From the NCBI GenBank assembly GCA_024137785.1, contig JAHRHZ010000048.1:6975654-7039653 (forward strand): a stretch of 64,000 nt of DNA, read 5' to 3'. A program made the position numbers and the translations under genes. Under the pieces are notes generated by a model that saw only the letters and a program-made list of their open reading frames with translations, was not told where the DNA came from and did no database searches. The stretch's first letter is position 1, and every line of letters begins with the position of its first letter. Below, one piece after another: positions 1-11,881 of the stretch. Origin of the DNA: Ginglymostoma cirratum. Lineage: Eukaryota.

Positions 1-220
1 GTAGACAAACAGGAGGCTGGAAGAGCACAGCAGGCCAGGCAGCATCTGGAGGGAAGGAGCAGTCAACGTTTTGAGTATTACCCTCCTTCAGGACAGTCCT
101 GAAGAAAGGTAATACCTGAAATGTTGACTGCTCCTTTCCTCCAGATGCTGCCTGGCCTGCTGTGTTCTTCCAGCCTCCTGTTTGTCTACCTTGGATTCCG
201 GCATCTACAACTTTTTGTCC
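1..220. mobile_element. Palindromic mini-element derived from a Penelope terminal repeat, with degenerate hammerhead motifs
   Basis: 1-189 is a near-perfect inverted repeat (gtagacaaac...gtttgtctac) centred at ~95. The arms match the terminus of the Penelope element at 19260-19350. 94-130 reads cagtc-CTGAAGA-a-aggtaatacct-GAAA-TG-TT-gactg. Confidence 0.8.
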
Positions 221-434
221 TTAACTTTAAGTAGTTGATTTAAGAATTCTTGGAGTTGCTCCCACCACATTTTAAAAGGTTGACCCTGAGATCTATTTTT
301 TCAGATTTGTTTGTCTCTTCTAGGCAATTGCATCATGGTTAGCTGGGAGAAGGAAAGGCTGTGGTCAAGGAAGGAGGATTTGTGGATATAAATTGCACTG
401 TGACAGTTATTTTTTACATTCATTCATAAGATTC

Positions 435-1085
435 ATGGGTAGATAGGACAGTGAAGAAGGTATTCGGTACGCTTGCCTTTATTGGTCAGTGCATTGAATA
501 GAGGAGTTTGGAGGTCATGTTGCAGCTGTACACAACATTGGTTAGCCCACTTTTGGAATACTGCATTCAGTTCTGGTCTCCCTGCTATAGGAAAGGTGTT
601 GTGAAACTTGAAAGGGTTCATAGAAAATTTTCAAGGATGTTGCTGGGGTTGGAGGGTTTGGTCTACAGGGTGAGGCTGAATAGGTTGGGGCTGTTTTCCC
701 TGGAGCATTGGAGGCTGAGGGGTGACTCATAGAGGCTTATAAAATCATGAAGGGCATGGATTGAGTGAATAGCCAAGATCTTTTCCCCAGGGTAGGGGAG
801 TCCAAACCTCGAGGGCACAGGTTTAAGGGGAGAGGGGAAAGATTTAAGAACGACATGAGGAGCAATTTTTTCACGCAGAGGGTGGTGCATGTCTGGAATG
901 AGCTGCCAGAGGAGGTGGTGGCGGCTGGCACAATTACAACATTTAAAAGGCATCAGGTTGGGTACATACATAGGAAGAAAGTACGCAGCAAATGGGACTG
1001 GATTAATTTAGGAAGTCTGGTTGGCATGGATTAGTTGGGCCAAAGGGATTGTTTCTGTGCTGTATAGCTCTATGACTCTATGATT
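435..1085 (+). mobile_element. CR1 LINE 3' fragment (ORF2 C-terminus, 3'UTR, tandem tail)
   Basis: LYTTLVSPLLEYCIQFWSP and RGHRFK...FFTQRVVHVWNELP motifs; (ctatgact)n tail at ~1068-1083. Confidence 0.9.
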
Positions 1086-1094
1086 GTTACAACA

Positions 1095-1548
1095 CTAACT
1101 TTAATTGCCCATTCCTAATTGTCCTTGAGAAAGAGGTGGTGAGCCACCGTCTTGAACCGTTGCATTCCATGTGGACAATGGACACTTACAGTGCTGACAG
1201 TTAGGGAGTTCCAGGATTTTGATCCAGCAATAGTGTAACATAGCAACATAGCTCTGAGTCAGGATAATATGTGGTTTGGAGGGGTAGTTGCAGGTTGTAC
1301 ATCAACTGCCCTTTTTCATCTGGGTAGTAGATCTCCAGGATTAAGCAGCTCCTGCCAAAGGAACCTTGGTGAATTCTGCAATGTATCTTTTATACGGTAC
1401 ACATAGTTGCCCCTCTGCACCTTTTGTGCAGGCAGTGCATGTTTATGGGGGTGGATTGGTTTCAATTAAGTGGGTCGCTTTATCTTGGATATGTTGTGTG
1501 TCTTGAGTATTGTTGGAGTTTGTATTTCGGTGAAATTGGAAAATACTC
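1095..1548 (-). mobile_element. CR1/L2-group LINE ('family B') 3' fragment
   Basis: Reverse complement resembles the 3' end of the long copy at 48280-48740. Confidence 0.65.
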
Positions 1549-1822
1549 TGAGGATCTGAGTTTGAATGCACCAAAATGGATGGAGGAATCTGAATGTTTT
1601 TAAAAAAAATTTGGAACTAAAAATCTATTGATGGGTATGACACCATTATTTGAAAAAAAAACCCATTTGATTCACCAATTGCCTTTAGGGAAGGAAAGCT
1701 GCTGTGTTTACCTGGTCTGGCCATAAGTAAGTTCAGACCCAAGAAATGTGATGGAATCTTAACTGCCCTTTGAAATGGCCTAGCAATCCATTCAGTGGTA
1801 TCAAGCTGCGAAAAAAAACTCA
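1530..1822 (+). mobile_element. tRNA-derived SINE of the family seen at 63430, partial
   Basis: Shares the core aaacccatttgattcacc...tttagggaaggaaa...cctggtctggcc with 63430-63768. Confidence 0.7.
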
Positions 1823-1884
1823 ATGGAAATATTGACAGGGCTAAATGATCCCAGGGTTAATTTTATGCTCTGTAGACCTGACAC

Positions 1885-3327
1885 ATCCAGTCATGAATGG
1901 TGATGGACAATTAATTTACTGGAAGAGGAGGCTCCACAAATATCCCCATTCACAATCATGGGGAAGCCCAGCACATCAATGCCAGAAGTGAAGGCTGAAG
2001 CATTTGCAACAATCTCCCTCCAGAGGTCTGAAGCATCTCAGATGCCAGTTTCCAGCCAACTCAAATTACTCCACGTGGAACCAAGAAATGGCTGGAGAAA
2101 CTGGAAGCTGCAAAGACAATGGGTCCTGACAACATTGTAACAGTAGCACTGAAGTCTTATGCCTCAGAATGTGCCTCACCCCTGACAGCTGTTGCACCTA
2201 CCTAACATGCCCTGGTATGTCTCGTACCCAAAAGCAGGAGAAATCTAGCCTGGCCTATTACAGCCCTGTTAGTCTATCAATCTAATAGAAAACAAAGAAT
2301 TGTGGATGCTGGATTTTTTTAAAATAAATGCAAACAGAAATTGCTGGAGAAGCTCAGCAGGTCTTATATCTGTGGAGAGAAAACAGCATTAACATTTCAA
2401 GCCCAGTGACTGGATTCAAAACAAGTAAGGCAGTTTTAGCTCCACAGACGGTGCAAGACCTACTGAGTTTCTCAGCAATTTCTATTTCAGTTGATTAATC
2501 TACTCTCGATCATCAGTAAAGTGATGGAGGAGCCGTCAATAATGTAATCAGTGACGTTGCTTGGCAATAACCTGCTCACTGATAATCAGTTTGGGTATCA
2601 TAGGGCCACACAACTCCTGACCTCAATACAGCCTTCGTTCAAACATGGGCAAAACAGCTGAAAGACAGTGGTGAGGAGAGAGCGACTGCCTTGTAAATCA
2701 AGGCAGATGTGGCCAAGTATGGCAACAAGGGCCCAAGCAAAACTAGAATTTTTAACGTTGGGAATCAGAGGGAAGATTCTCTGCTTGTTGTTGATCACAA
2801 AAGAAGACTGTTGTGACTGTTGGAGGTTAGTCATCTCAGTCACGGTCTATCACTGCAGGATTTCCTTAGGAGAGTGTCCTAGGCCCAACCTTCCTGAGCT
2901 GCTTCATCAATGATCTTCCCTCCATCATAAGGTCAGGAGTGAGGATGATCACTGACAGTCGCACAATATTCAGTACCATTTATGATGCTCTGATACCAAA
3001 GGAGTCTGTGCCCAAAAAAATGCATAATTATCTGGACAACGATCAAGCTTGAGCTAAGAAATGGGAAGTAACATTCACACCGTACAAGTGCCAGGCAATG
3101 ATCATTTCCAACCAGAAAGAATCCGACTATTGGCCCTTGACAGTCAATGGTATTACCAGCCCCCACCATCAACAGCGTGCAGTTATCATTGAACAGAAAG
3201 TAAACTGGACTAATCATATTAATCCTGTGGCTACAACAGCAATTCAGAATCTAGGAATTCTGCACTGAGTAACTCACCTTCTAACTCCCCAAAACCTTGT
3301 ACCGTCAATAAGCACAAGTCAGGAGTA
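1885..3327 (+). mobile_element. CR1/L2-group LINE family B, RT region; continues at 3492-3510 and 5879-6240
   Basis: Colinear with 47000-48740 (gtcctaggcccaacc..cttcatcaatga = VLGP..FIND). The consensus caggagtgtgatggaatactctccacttgc is split by two CR1 insertions. Confidence 0.85.
2289..2490. mobile_element. Penelope-terminus-derived palindromic mini-element nested in a LINE
   Basis: acagaaattgctggagaagctcagcaggtct ... agacctactgagtttctcagcaatttct inverted arms. Confidence 0.7.
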
Positions 3328-3491
3328 TTTAAGGCAGAGATAAGTTTTTGGTTATTAAGGTCATCAAGGATTAAGAGGACAAGGCAAGTGAATGGGGTAG
3401 GGAAACATATCAGCCATGATCATATAGTGGAGTGGACTCGAGGGGCCAAATGCCTATTTCTGCCCCTTTATCTTACAGTCGTATGGTCTTA
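3328..3491 (+). mobile_element. CR1 3'UTR fragment
   Basis: atttaaggcagagat...cagccatgatc...ggactcgaggggccaaatgcct...(tatggtct) tail. Confidence 0.75.
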
Positions 3492-3510
3492 TAGAGTGTG
3501 ATGGAACACC

Positions 3511-5878
3511 GTGTGGGTAGAATTGAGAAATACCAAGGGACATAAAACATTAGTAGGGTGGTGTATATACCACCAAACTGTAGTGCTGATGTTGGGAACG
3601 GAATTAAACAGGAAATTAGAGATGCATGCAGTAAAGGAACTTATCTTATTATGAGTGACACTAATCTGCATATAGATTGGGTGAATCAAATTAATCATAA
3701 TATCGTAGAGGAGGAGTTTCCTAGGCTAATATGTTGAGGACCAACCACAGAACAAGCCACCTTAGACTGGGTATTATGTAATAAGAAATGAGTGTAGTTG
3801 TGTGAGAGCCCTTGGGGATGAGTGACTATAACATGATAGAGCTCCTCACCAAAATGGAGAGTGAGTAATTGATTCTGAGGCGAGGATTCTGCGTCTTAAT
3901 AAGGGAAACTGCAATGGATTCAGGCATGAGTTGACTATGATAAATTGGGAAATATAACTGAAAGGAGTGACAATGGATAAGCAATGGTCAACATTCAAAC
4001 GGATGAGCTCCAAAAATTGTTCATTCCTGTCTGGTGTAACAGCACAAAGAGAACAGTGGATAAACTATGGCTTATAGGGGAAGTTAGAGATAGTATTAGA
4101 TACAAAAAAAGGCAAAAAATTGACAAGAAAAACCAACTGACCTGAGCATTGGGAAGAGTTTAGAAGTCAGCAGAGGAGGATCAAGGGATTGATTAAAAAC
4201 GGGAGAACAGATGATGAGAATAACCTTGTGTGGAGCATAAGTGCTGACCGTAAACTTTTCTTTCAGTATGTAAAGAGAAAAAGATTGGTGAATACTAATG
4301 CGGGTCCCTTTAATTAAAATTTGGGGAAAGTCTAATAGGGAACAAAGAAATGACTGACAAACTAAGCTAACACTTCGCTTCTATCTTTACAAAAGCTGAT
4401 ACAAATAACATACCAGAAACGATGGTGTACTCAGGGTTGAGTGAGAGGGAAGAGCTGAAGCAAATCTGTATTGGTAGAGAAATAGTGCTGGAGAATTGAA
4501 GGCCGATAAATCTCCAATTCAGAGTACTTAAGGAAGTAGTCCTAGTAATAATGGATATATTAATAGTCATCTTCCAAGATTCTTTAGACTCTAGAACAGT
4601 TCCTATAGTCTGGATAAGAGCTCATGCAGCGTCATTTAAAAGGGGAAGTGGAGAACAAACAGGGAATATAAACCAGTGAGTTTGATATCAATAGCTGGGA
4701 AAATGCTAAAGTCTATTATTAAGGATTTTATAGCACAACATGTAGAAAACAGGGATAGAATTAGACAGCATAGATTCACAAAAGGGAAATCATGCTTGAC
4801 AAGTCTACTGGAATTCTTCAGGGCTGTAACTAGTTAAGTTAATTGGGGATCCAGTGGATGTGGTTTATTTGGACTTTCAGAAAGTTTTTGACAAAGTCCC
4901 ACATAAGAGACTGATATGTAAAATTAAAGTGTATAGGATTGTGGTAGATGGATAAAACATTGGTTGGCAGAAACAAAAAAAGGAGTGGGAATAAATCAGT
5001 CTTTTTCTGAATGGCAGGCAGGGACAAGTGGAGTGCCTCAGGGATCAATATTAGAACCCCAGCTATCTACAATGTATGTTCATTGCTTAGAAGAAAGAAC
5101 TAAATGTAATAGCTCAATATATGCAGATGACGCAAAGCTGGGGTGGAAGGGTGAGCTGTAAGGAGAATGCAGAGACATTGTGGTCTGATTTAGACAGGCT
5201 GAGTGATTGGGCAAATGCATGGCAGATGCAATATAATGTGGTTAGGTGTGAGAGTAACCACTTTGATAGTGAAAATAGGAAGGCAGATTATTATTTGATG
5301 ACTATAAATTGAAAGAGAGGAAGTTGAATCGAGTACAGGAACAAGGCTGTCTTGCTACAATTATACAGGGTGTTGGTGAGGCCACACCTGGAATATTGTG
5401 TACAGTTTAGGAGGGATGTTCTGTTATAGAGGGAGTGCAGTGAAGGTTTACCAAATTGATTCCTGAGACAGCAGGACTGATGTACAAAAAGAGATTGAGA
5501 GGTTAGGACTATATTGACTGGAGTTTAGAATAAGGAGATCTCATTGAAACCTCTAAAATTCTAACTGGACTAGACATGTTAGATGCAAGCAGGATGGACC
5601 CAATGATGGGGGAGTCCAGAAACAGGAATTACAGTTTAAGGATAAGGGGTAAACCTTTTAGGACTGAGAAAAAAAGAAGTTCCTACCGCAGAATATGATT
5701 GACGCCGAGACATTACGTGACTTCAAGAAGGAAGTAGATATAGCATTTGTAGATAAAGTTACTTTATGGAGGAGGACAAGATTAGGGTATTGAGCTCAAT
5801 GATCAACCATCATCATACTGAATGGTGGAGCAGTTTCAAGGGGCTGAATGGTCTACTCTTGCCCTGTCTTCTATGTTT
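3511..5878 (+). mobile_element. CR1 LINE ORF2 (APE endonuclease, RT, 3'UTR), decayed
   Basis: VWVELRN..Y(R)PP endonuclease region; GKSCLTSLLEFF, VDVVYLDFQK.FDKVPH, SGVPQGSILEP and YADD RT motifs; many stops and frameshifts. Confidence 0.92.
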
Positions 5879-6240
5879 CTCCACTTGCTTGGATGTGTCC
5901 AGCTCCAACATTACTCAAGAAGCTTGACACCATCCAAGACAAAACAGCTCACTTAATTGGAATGACTCCCACAAACATTAATTCCTTCCACTATCAATGC
6001 TCAGTAGTAGCAGTGTGTACCATCTACAAGATGCACTGCAAAAATTTACCAAACGTCCTGAAACAACACCTTCCAAACCTACAAGCATTTGCATCTATAG
6101 GGACAATGACAGCAGGTGCATGGGGACACCATCACCATCAAGATCCTCTGAAGCCGCTCACCATCCTAACTTTGAAATATATCACTGTTTCTTCAGTGTT
6201 GCTGAGTAAAGATACTAGAACTCTCTCCTTAACTGAAGTG
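5879..6240 (+). mobile_element. Family B LINE ORF2 C-terminal continuation
   Basis: SPLAWM.APT.LKKLDTIQDK..LI and SLH..VAAVCTIYKMHC-type motifs (ORF 5848-6255), homologous to 48290-48560. Confidence 0.85.
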
Positions 6241-7694
6241 ATTAATAACATTTAAGTCTTTGTGTTAGAGGTAAGTTAGATAAAACATATTTCCCCGATA
6301 AATTCAGTCTCTGAGTTCAAGCTAGTCACCAATGCTTAAGATGCTGGCATTGTAAGATAAAGGTTAATAAGAATATTAGCGTCCTCCAAATAGCCTGCTT
6401 AGTTTTAAGAAGCCCTTATCTATGCTATAAATATCGCAGATATTTCTCCACAGAAAAGACACTTCCCCATTTAATGAAGTATGTAAGAAATTCAGGTTTG
6501 TTTCACTTGTCACAGAGAAAGCTTAAATGAGATGATTTTCTAATTTTACAATTTTATTATCAGAAATTAACAAGCAATACATTTAAGTGGTTACATTTAC
6601 TGCTGTTTTCAAACCTATCAAAATATGGAATAGAAAATCCAATAGAATCTAGTCTGATACTTCTTTTAACAATTCAAGAATATCTAAAGATAGAAAAGAA
6701 CATTTTAGAATAGTTAAGAGTAAAATAGCTAGTGATACTTAGAAATGGAATATCCATCAACATTTAAAGTGGAATTTAATCTTAAAATCCTGAGTATGTA
6801 AGATATCTTCCACAGTGGGAGAAAATATAACTGGAGAAGTGTTATGTGAAGGTCCTGAATTCTTCTGACATTTCAGTGAGAGTGTTTTTTTATATATTAT
6901 TCTGATTTCCCCTGCTCTACAAACGTGGATGTCAACCCTCCGTATAATTTCCATGTGAAACTGTATCATTCCTTATTCAGTGAAGGCTTCTTTATAAAGT
7001 TGTCAATTTTTATACTCTCTTTTTCTTTCCGTTAGTCTTTCAATCTTAAAAGAATCCTTTGTTAAATGTTTTTTGAACAAAGATATTTAATTTATCTGTT
7101 TATGAGTCTTATCTTGCTTTTTAATAGTATTCATGCAATAAGGATCTTTGCAATTTTTGGATGGTTTGGATGGTTTCTGTATTTCTTCTGAAATTTACAT
7201 TTTACTTTCACATCCAGCTGTGATGTTGTGATGAATTTCCAGGTCTCTGTTTTAGTCAGTAAACTATTGTTTATATTTTCTTTATTGTCTGTGCTGAACA
7301 CTAATTTAATTAATAGCATATGTGTGTTGTCTCCATGTCCTCTTCCTGTTATACCCTTTTGCAGCTAGCTGCAAGATAATTTTTCATGTTTAACTGCTAC
7401 ATATTTCTTTATTTTTAAATGTTTTGCAATCTATAAGTATGATAGCTAAGTAATTACACTTAGTTCTCTATCAAACCAGATATTTCTAACCAGATATTGC
7501 TACATAGCAGCAATATGTGTTTATCAACATCAAATGGCCTGCAGCGTTTTGAGAAGGCAGCTAACCACTACTTTCTCAAGGGCAACTGGGCATGGACAAT
7601 ATTTACGGGCCCAGCCAGTGAAACATCTCCTGAATAAAAAAAATGAACACAGCGGACTGTAGGGATGTGTCAGCGAACATCTCATTTCTGACAT

Positions 7695-8050
7695 TTTTTT
7701 ACTTGTTCATGGGATGTGGGCATCACAGGCTTGGCCAACATTTGTTGTCCATCCCTAATTGTCCAGAGGGCAGTTACAAGTCAACCAATTGCTGTGGGTC
7801 TGGAGTTACATGTAGTGCAGACCAGGTAAGGTTGGCAAACTTCCTTCCCTAAGGGGCATTAGTGAAACAATATGTGTTTTTACCACAATCAACAATAGCT
7901 ACATAGTTACCATTAGGCCAGGACCTTATTCCAGGTTTTATTAATGAATTCAAATTTCACCGTCTTTCACATTGGGATTGAAACCCATGTCTCCAGAACT
8001 TTGGCCTGGGGCTTTAGAGTGCTACTCCAATGACATTACCGCCAGCTCTC
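7695..8050 (-). mobile_element. tRNA-derived SINE (family of 63430)
   Basis: Reverse complement of the 63430-63768 core and tail; B-box-like gggtttcaatccc. Confidence 0.75.
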
Positions 8051-8357
8051 CTGTATGAAGGAGATAAGGTTTTTGATGAAGAAACTGAAGATATTTGGGC
8101 CTGTGTTGGTGTATCCATGCCGATCAACCTGTACTTTCATGGTGCTGTGAACAGCCATTGTGGTCTTAGCTGACTCATTCCTGTGAAAAACAGGAACATG
8201 TCATTTATCTGTACCCACGGTGAATCCCAAGACAAAGTGTAATCCTGAAAATAGGATTAATGTACAGTGTAATGAGAATGCTAATCATGAGTTCAAGAAA
8301 TACATTCTATCCATTGTTTGAATGCTGTCGGATTTGTGATTGCTGCCATTAAACTAC

Positions 8358-8373
8358 TAGTGCCACCTGCTGG
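8358..8373 (-). promoter_or_regulatory. Candidate CTCF binding motif
   Basis: Minus strand reads CCAGCAGGTGGCACTA, matching the core CCASYAGRKGGCRS, in non-repeat sequence. Motif evidence only. Confidence 0.45.
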
Positions 8374-9084
8374 CTTGTGCAAGTTTCTCCTTCCAACAAT
8401 TTTGATGCAAGATGTCATTAAATTCTATCATCTGCATTTTACTAACTATTCACTACATTTTACTTTATTTTAAATTTTTATTTATGCAAGTACATTGATT
8501 TTGGAAAACCCTTTCCAGTTATTACCTCAACTGAGGTCATTCTATTGATGAGCAAATTAACTTTTAGTTTTTCTAACACTTATGTGAATTTAAAGGAGCA
8601 GTGAAGATTAACATTTCGAAGAAAGAGAACCATGTGATTTTCATACATTCACTGAGTCAGGACTAAAAAATCAACCGAAATGTCTAAAAACATCTTTGTG
8701 ACTGATCAAAGATTTGTCATCATTAAACCAAAAAGATGATATTTTTAATGTTTTATGCCGTGAATACATAACTAAGCAGTGTCTGGACATGATTAAAGGT
8801 CTTTTTTTAATCTTGGAAGGTCTTTCTGTTCACTTTACTGGCACAAATAAGAATTCTTCGCTGGCAGGTGCTGCTTCAGTAAGCCGACAAATATCAGTTC
8901 CCGTTTTCGAATCGCAAATTATTTCCCATGGGGATGGAAAGTGATTACTGTTCCAAGGAGGGGACCTACCATCTCTGGTTAGCTAAAGATGTTAAGGAAA
9001 GCATCAAACTTAATGAAAAAGTATATAATTACACAAAGATGGTTGGTAAGTCAGATATTTGGTCAGAATATAAAGACTGGCAAA

Positions 9085-9530
9085 GGGGCAGTACAGTAGC
9101 TCAGTGGTTAGAACCGCTACCTGACAGTGCCAGGGACCTGGGTTTGATTTCAGCCTTGTGGAGTATGCACATTTTCTCCGTGTCTGCGTGGGTTTCCTCC
9201 GGGTGCTCTGGTTTCCTCCCACAATCCAAAGATGTGCAAGTTAGGTGGATAGGGGTTAGGGGCATTTAAACAGTCCTTGGATAAGCATATGGATGATGAT
9301 GGGATAGTGTAGGAGGTGGGCTTAGATTAGTTCACAGGTCAGTGCAACATCGAGGGCCGAAGGGCCTGTTCTGCGCTGTATTGTTCTATGTTCTATGTTC
9401 TATGTTCTATTGGTCATGGGAAATACAGGTCTACAGGGATAGGGTGAATCTGTGTGGGATGCTCCTTGGAGAGTCAATATGGACTTGATGGGCTGAGTGG
9501 CCTGTTTCCACACTGTAGGGATTCTATTCT
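9085..9530 (+). mobile_element. HE1-type V-SINE with a nested CR1 3' tail (~9262-9410, (ttctatg)n)
   Basis: A box tagctcagtggtt, B box ggtttgattt, V-domain gtgtctgcgtgggtttcctccgggtgctctggtttcctcccaca. Confidence 0.88.
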
Positions 9531-10220
9531 GTGAATGACTAAGAAGTTAATCAGGAGGAAGAAATTAGAGTAATGGTTGTAAATCAGGAGATAGAAGAAA
9601 ATGAGGAAATTGGTGAAATTACAATGAACAGGTGGTGCTAGTGAGCAAACTGATGAAGCTTGAGTTTAGGTCTTAAATGAGGTAGCTAATGAGCCAGGAG
9701 AAGTGTTACTGTCCATGGTAAATTAACTATAACCTCGAAAGATTCCATCAGACTGGGGAATAGCAAATATAATCCCCAACCTATAAGCTATTCAGGAAAT
9801 GGGAGATGGAAAAAGAGAGAAACTATTGGCCATTTAGCTGGATATCTGTCGTGGGAACATGTTAGCAGCACAGAATCGCAATTATTATGGGTCATGAAAG
9901 ACGCATTCAGCCCATCATATTGGCACCAGCTCTCTAAATATTTTGACCTCGTGTTAAACTCTTGCCTTTTCCCCATAGCCCTGCAAGTTGAATGATTACT
10001 TAAATAACATCAATATCCACTTGAATGTCTCAGTTGATCCTGCCTCCACCATGCTGCCAGGCAGTGCATTCTAAACCCAGATAGTATGTGAAAATTAGTT
10101 TTCTCAATTGATCATTAAAATGGTTTTGGCTGGCTACTTTGATAAACTCAAGGTAATTGGGAAAAGTCAGCATTGTGTGGTGAAAAGGAAATAATGTTTA
10201 ACCAATTTATTGGAATTGTG

Positions 10221-10520
10221 TGTTGTTACTGTGGGAGCTTGTTGTGTACAATAGATTTCAACAAAGACCGCATTCAAAAGTAAATCATTGGCTGTACAGT
10301 GATTTGAGACGACAAGTGGTCATGGAAATCATGAAAAAGTCACTACTATTAAAAAACTACATTTTTACAAAATGTAATTTGCAATTCCCAGTACAAACCA
10401 AATCAGATGAGAAATCTAAAAATATTTAACTGTTTTGGAGCACACTGTCTATGTTTATCATTTTATAATTTTCTTTAAAGCCACTGCCTCATCATTTCGA
10501 CCAGTTGCAAGAACTAGTCT
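10221..10520 (+). repeat. ~300-bp direct duplicate of 11582-11881
   Basis: Both copies run tgttgttactgtgggagcttg...caagaactagtct and are highly similar over their full length. Confidence 0.95.
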
Positions 10521-11384
10521 ATGGATAAAGGGAAGCCTGTAGATGTACTGTACTTGGATTTCCAGCAATCATTTGACAAGCTACCACATAAAAGGTTATT
10601 GTGCATGGTGTAGGAGATAACATAGAAACATCGACAGAAAATTGGCAGAACACAGAATAGGTGTTGTGAGGATGTGATGAATGGGATCTGCAGGGCCTTC
10701 AACTTTTGACAATTTAATTCAATGGCTTAGATGAGGGAAACAAGGACAGAGTGACCAAATTTATAGATAGGTAGGAAATTCTGATGGGAAGAGGACATAA
10801 GCAGGTCCCAGACCAATATAGATGGGTTGAATGAGTGCTCAAAAATCTGGCTGTTGAAGTATAATGTGAGAAAATGTGAAGTTATTCACCATTTGGCAGG
10901 AAGAATGTAACATCAGGGCAATATTTAAGCAGAGGATGGCTGTAGAATTCAGAGCACTAGGTGCTACAGAGAGGGTACTAGGTGTTCTAGTGTGAGTAAA
11001 CAGAAGTTAAGATGCAAGAAATAGTAGAGAAATCTAGTGGGAGCTATCCTTCATTCTGAAAGGAATTGGACATAAAAGTAGTGATACTATGCTTCACTTT
11101 TGAGAGCATTGGTGAGAGCACATCTTGAATATCTTATGCAGGTTTGGTCTCCTTATTTAAGGAAGGCTGTAAAAGTATTGGAGGTAGTTCAGAGGAGGTT
11201 TACTAGATTGATACCTGAAAGGAGCACTTTATCTTATGAAGGAGAGTTGGATTCCAATGGAGTTTTGAAGAGTGGGAGGCGACTTGATTGAAGTATAGAA
11301 GGTACTGAACATCATTGACAGGATGGATGTTGAAATGATGTTTCCTGAGTTTAAGTTCCACTCCAGGGCTTAAGAAGAAAAATT

Positions 11385-11720
11385 GGGGCTGACATTCCAA
11401 TACACTATTGAGCAAGTGCTGCACAGTCAGAGGTACCACTGTTCCATTAAGTTATTAAACTGTGGTCATTTCAGTTGGACCGTATAGATCCCATATATTT
11501 CAAGGAAAAGGAATGGAGTTATCCTGGCCAATATATATTCCTCTATCCATATCTCAAAAATTGCTTATTTGGTTATTACCATGTTGTTACTGTGGGAGCT
11601 TGCTGCGTAAAATAGATTTCAACAAAGACCACATTCAAAAGTAAATCATTGGCTGTACAGTGATTTGAGACGACAAGTGGTCATGGAAATCACTATAAAG
11701 TCATTACGTTTAAAAAAACT
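11385..11720 (+). mobile_element. DeuSINE-like (SacSINE-type) SINE relic
   Basis: gctgacattccaatacac..gtgctgcacagtcagagg Deu-like domain and an L2-type tail cattggctgtacagtgatttgagac. Confidence 0.6.
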
Positions 11721-11881
11721 GCATTTCTACAAAATGTAATTTGCAACTCCCAGTACAAACCAAATCAGGCGAGAAATCTGAAATATTTAACTGTTTTGGA
11801 ACACAATGCGTATGTTTATCATTTTATAATTTTCTTTAAAGCTGCTGTCTCATCATTTCTACTAGTTACAAGAACTAGTCT
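11582..11881 (+). repeat. Likely source copy of the 300-bp duplication (SINE tail plus unique flank)
   Basis: Continuous with the SINE upstream and with unique sequence downstream. Confidence 0.9.

Larger units (their letters stand above)
8915..11350 (+). mobile_element. Old CR1 LINE ORF2 relic interrupted by HE1, a CR1 tail and a templated insertion
   Basis: K..CLTNLLE (10185-10220), DKGKPVDVLYLDFQ..FDK (10522-10580) and RALVRAHLEYLMQVWSPYLRK (11100). Confidence 0.8.
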
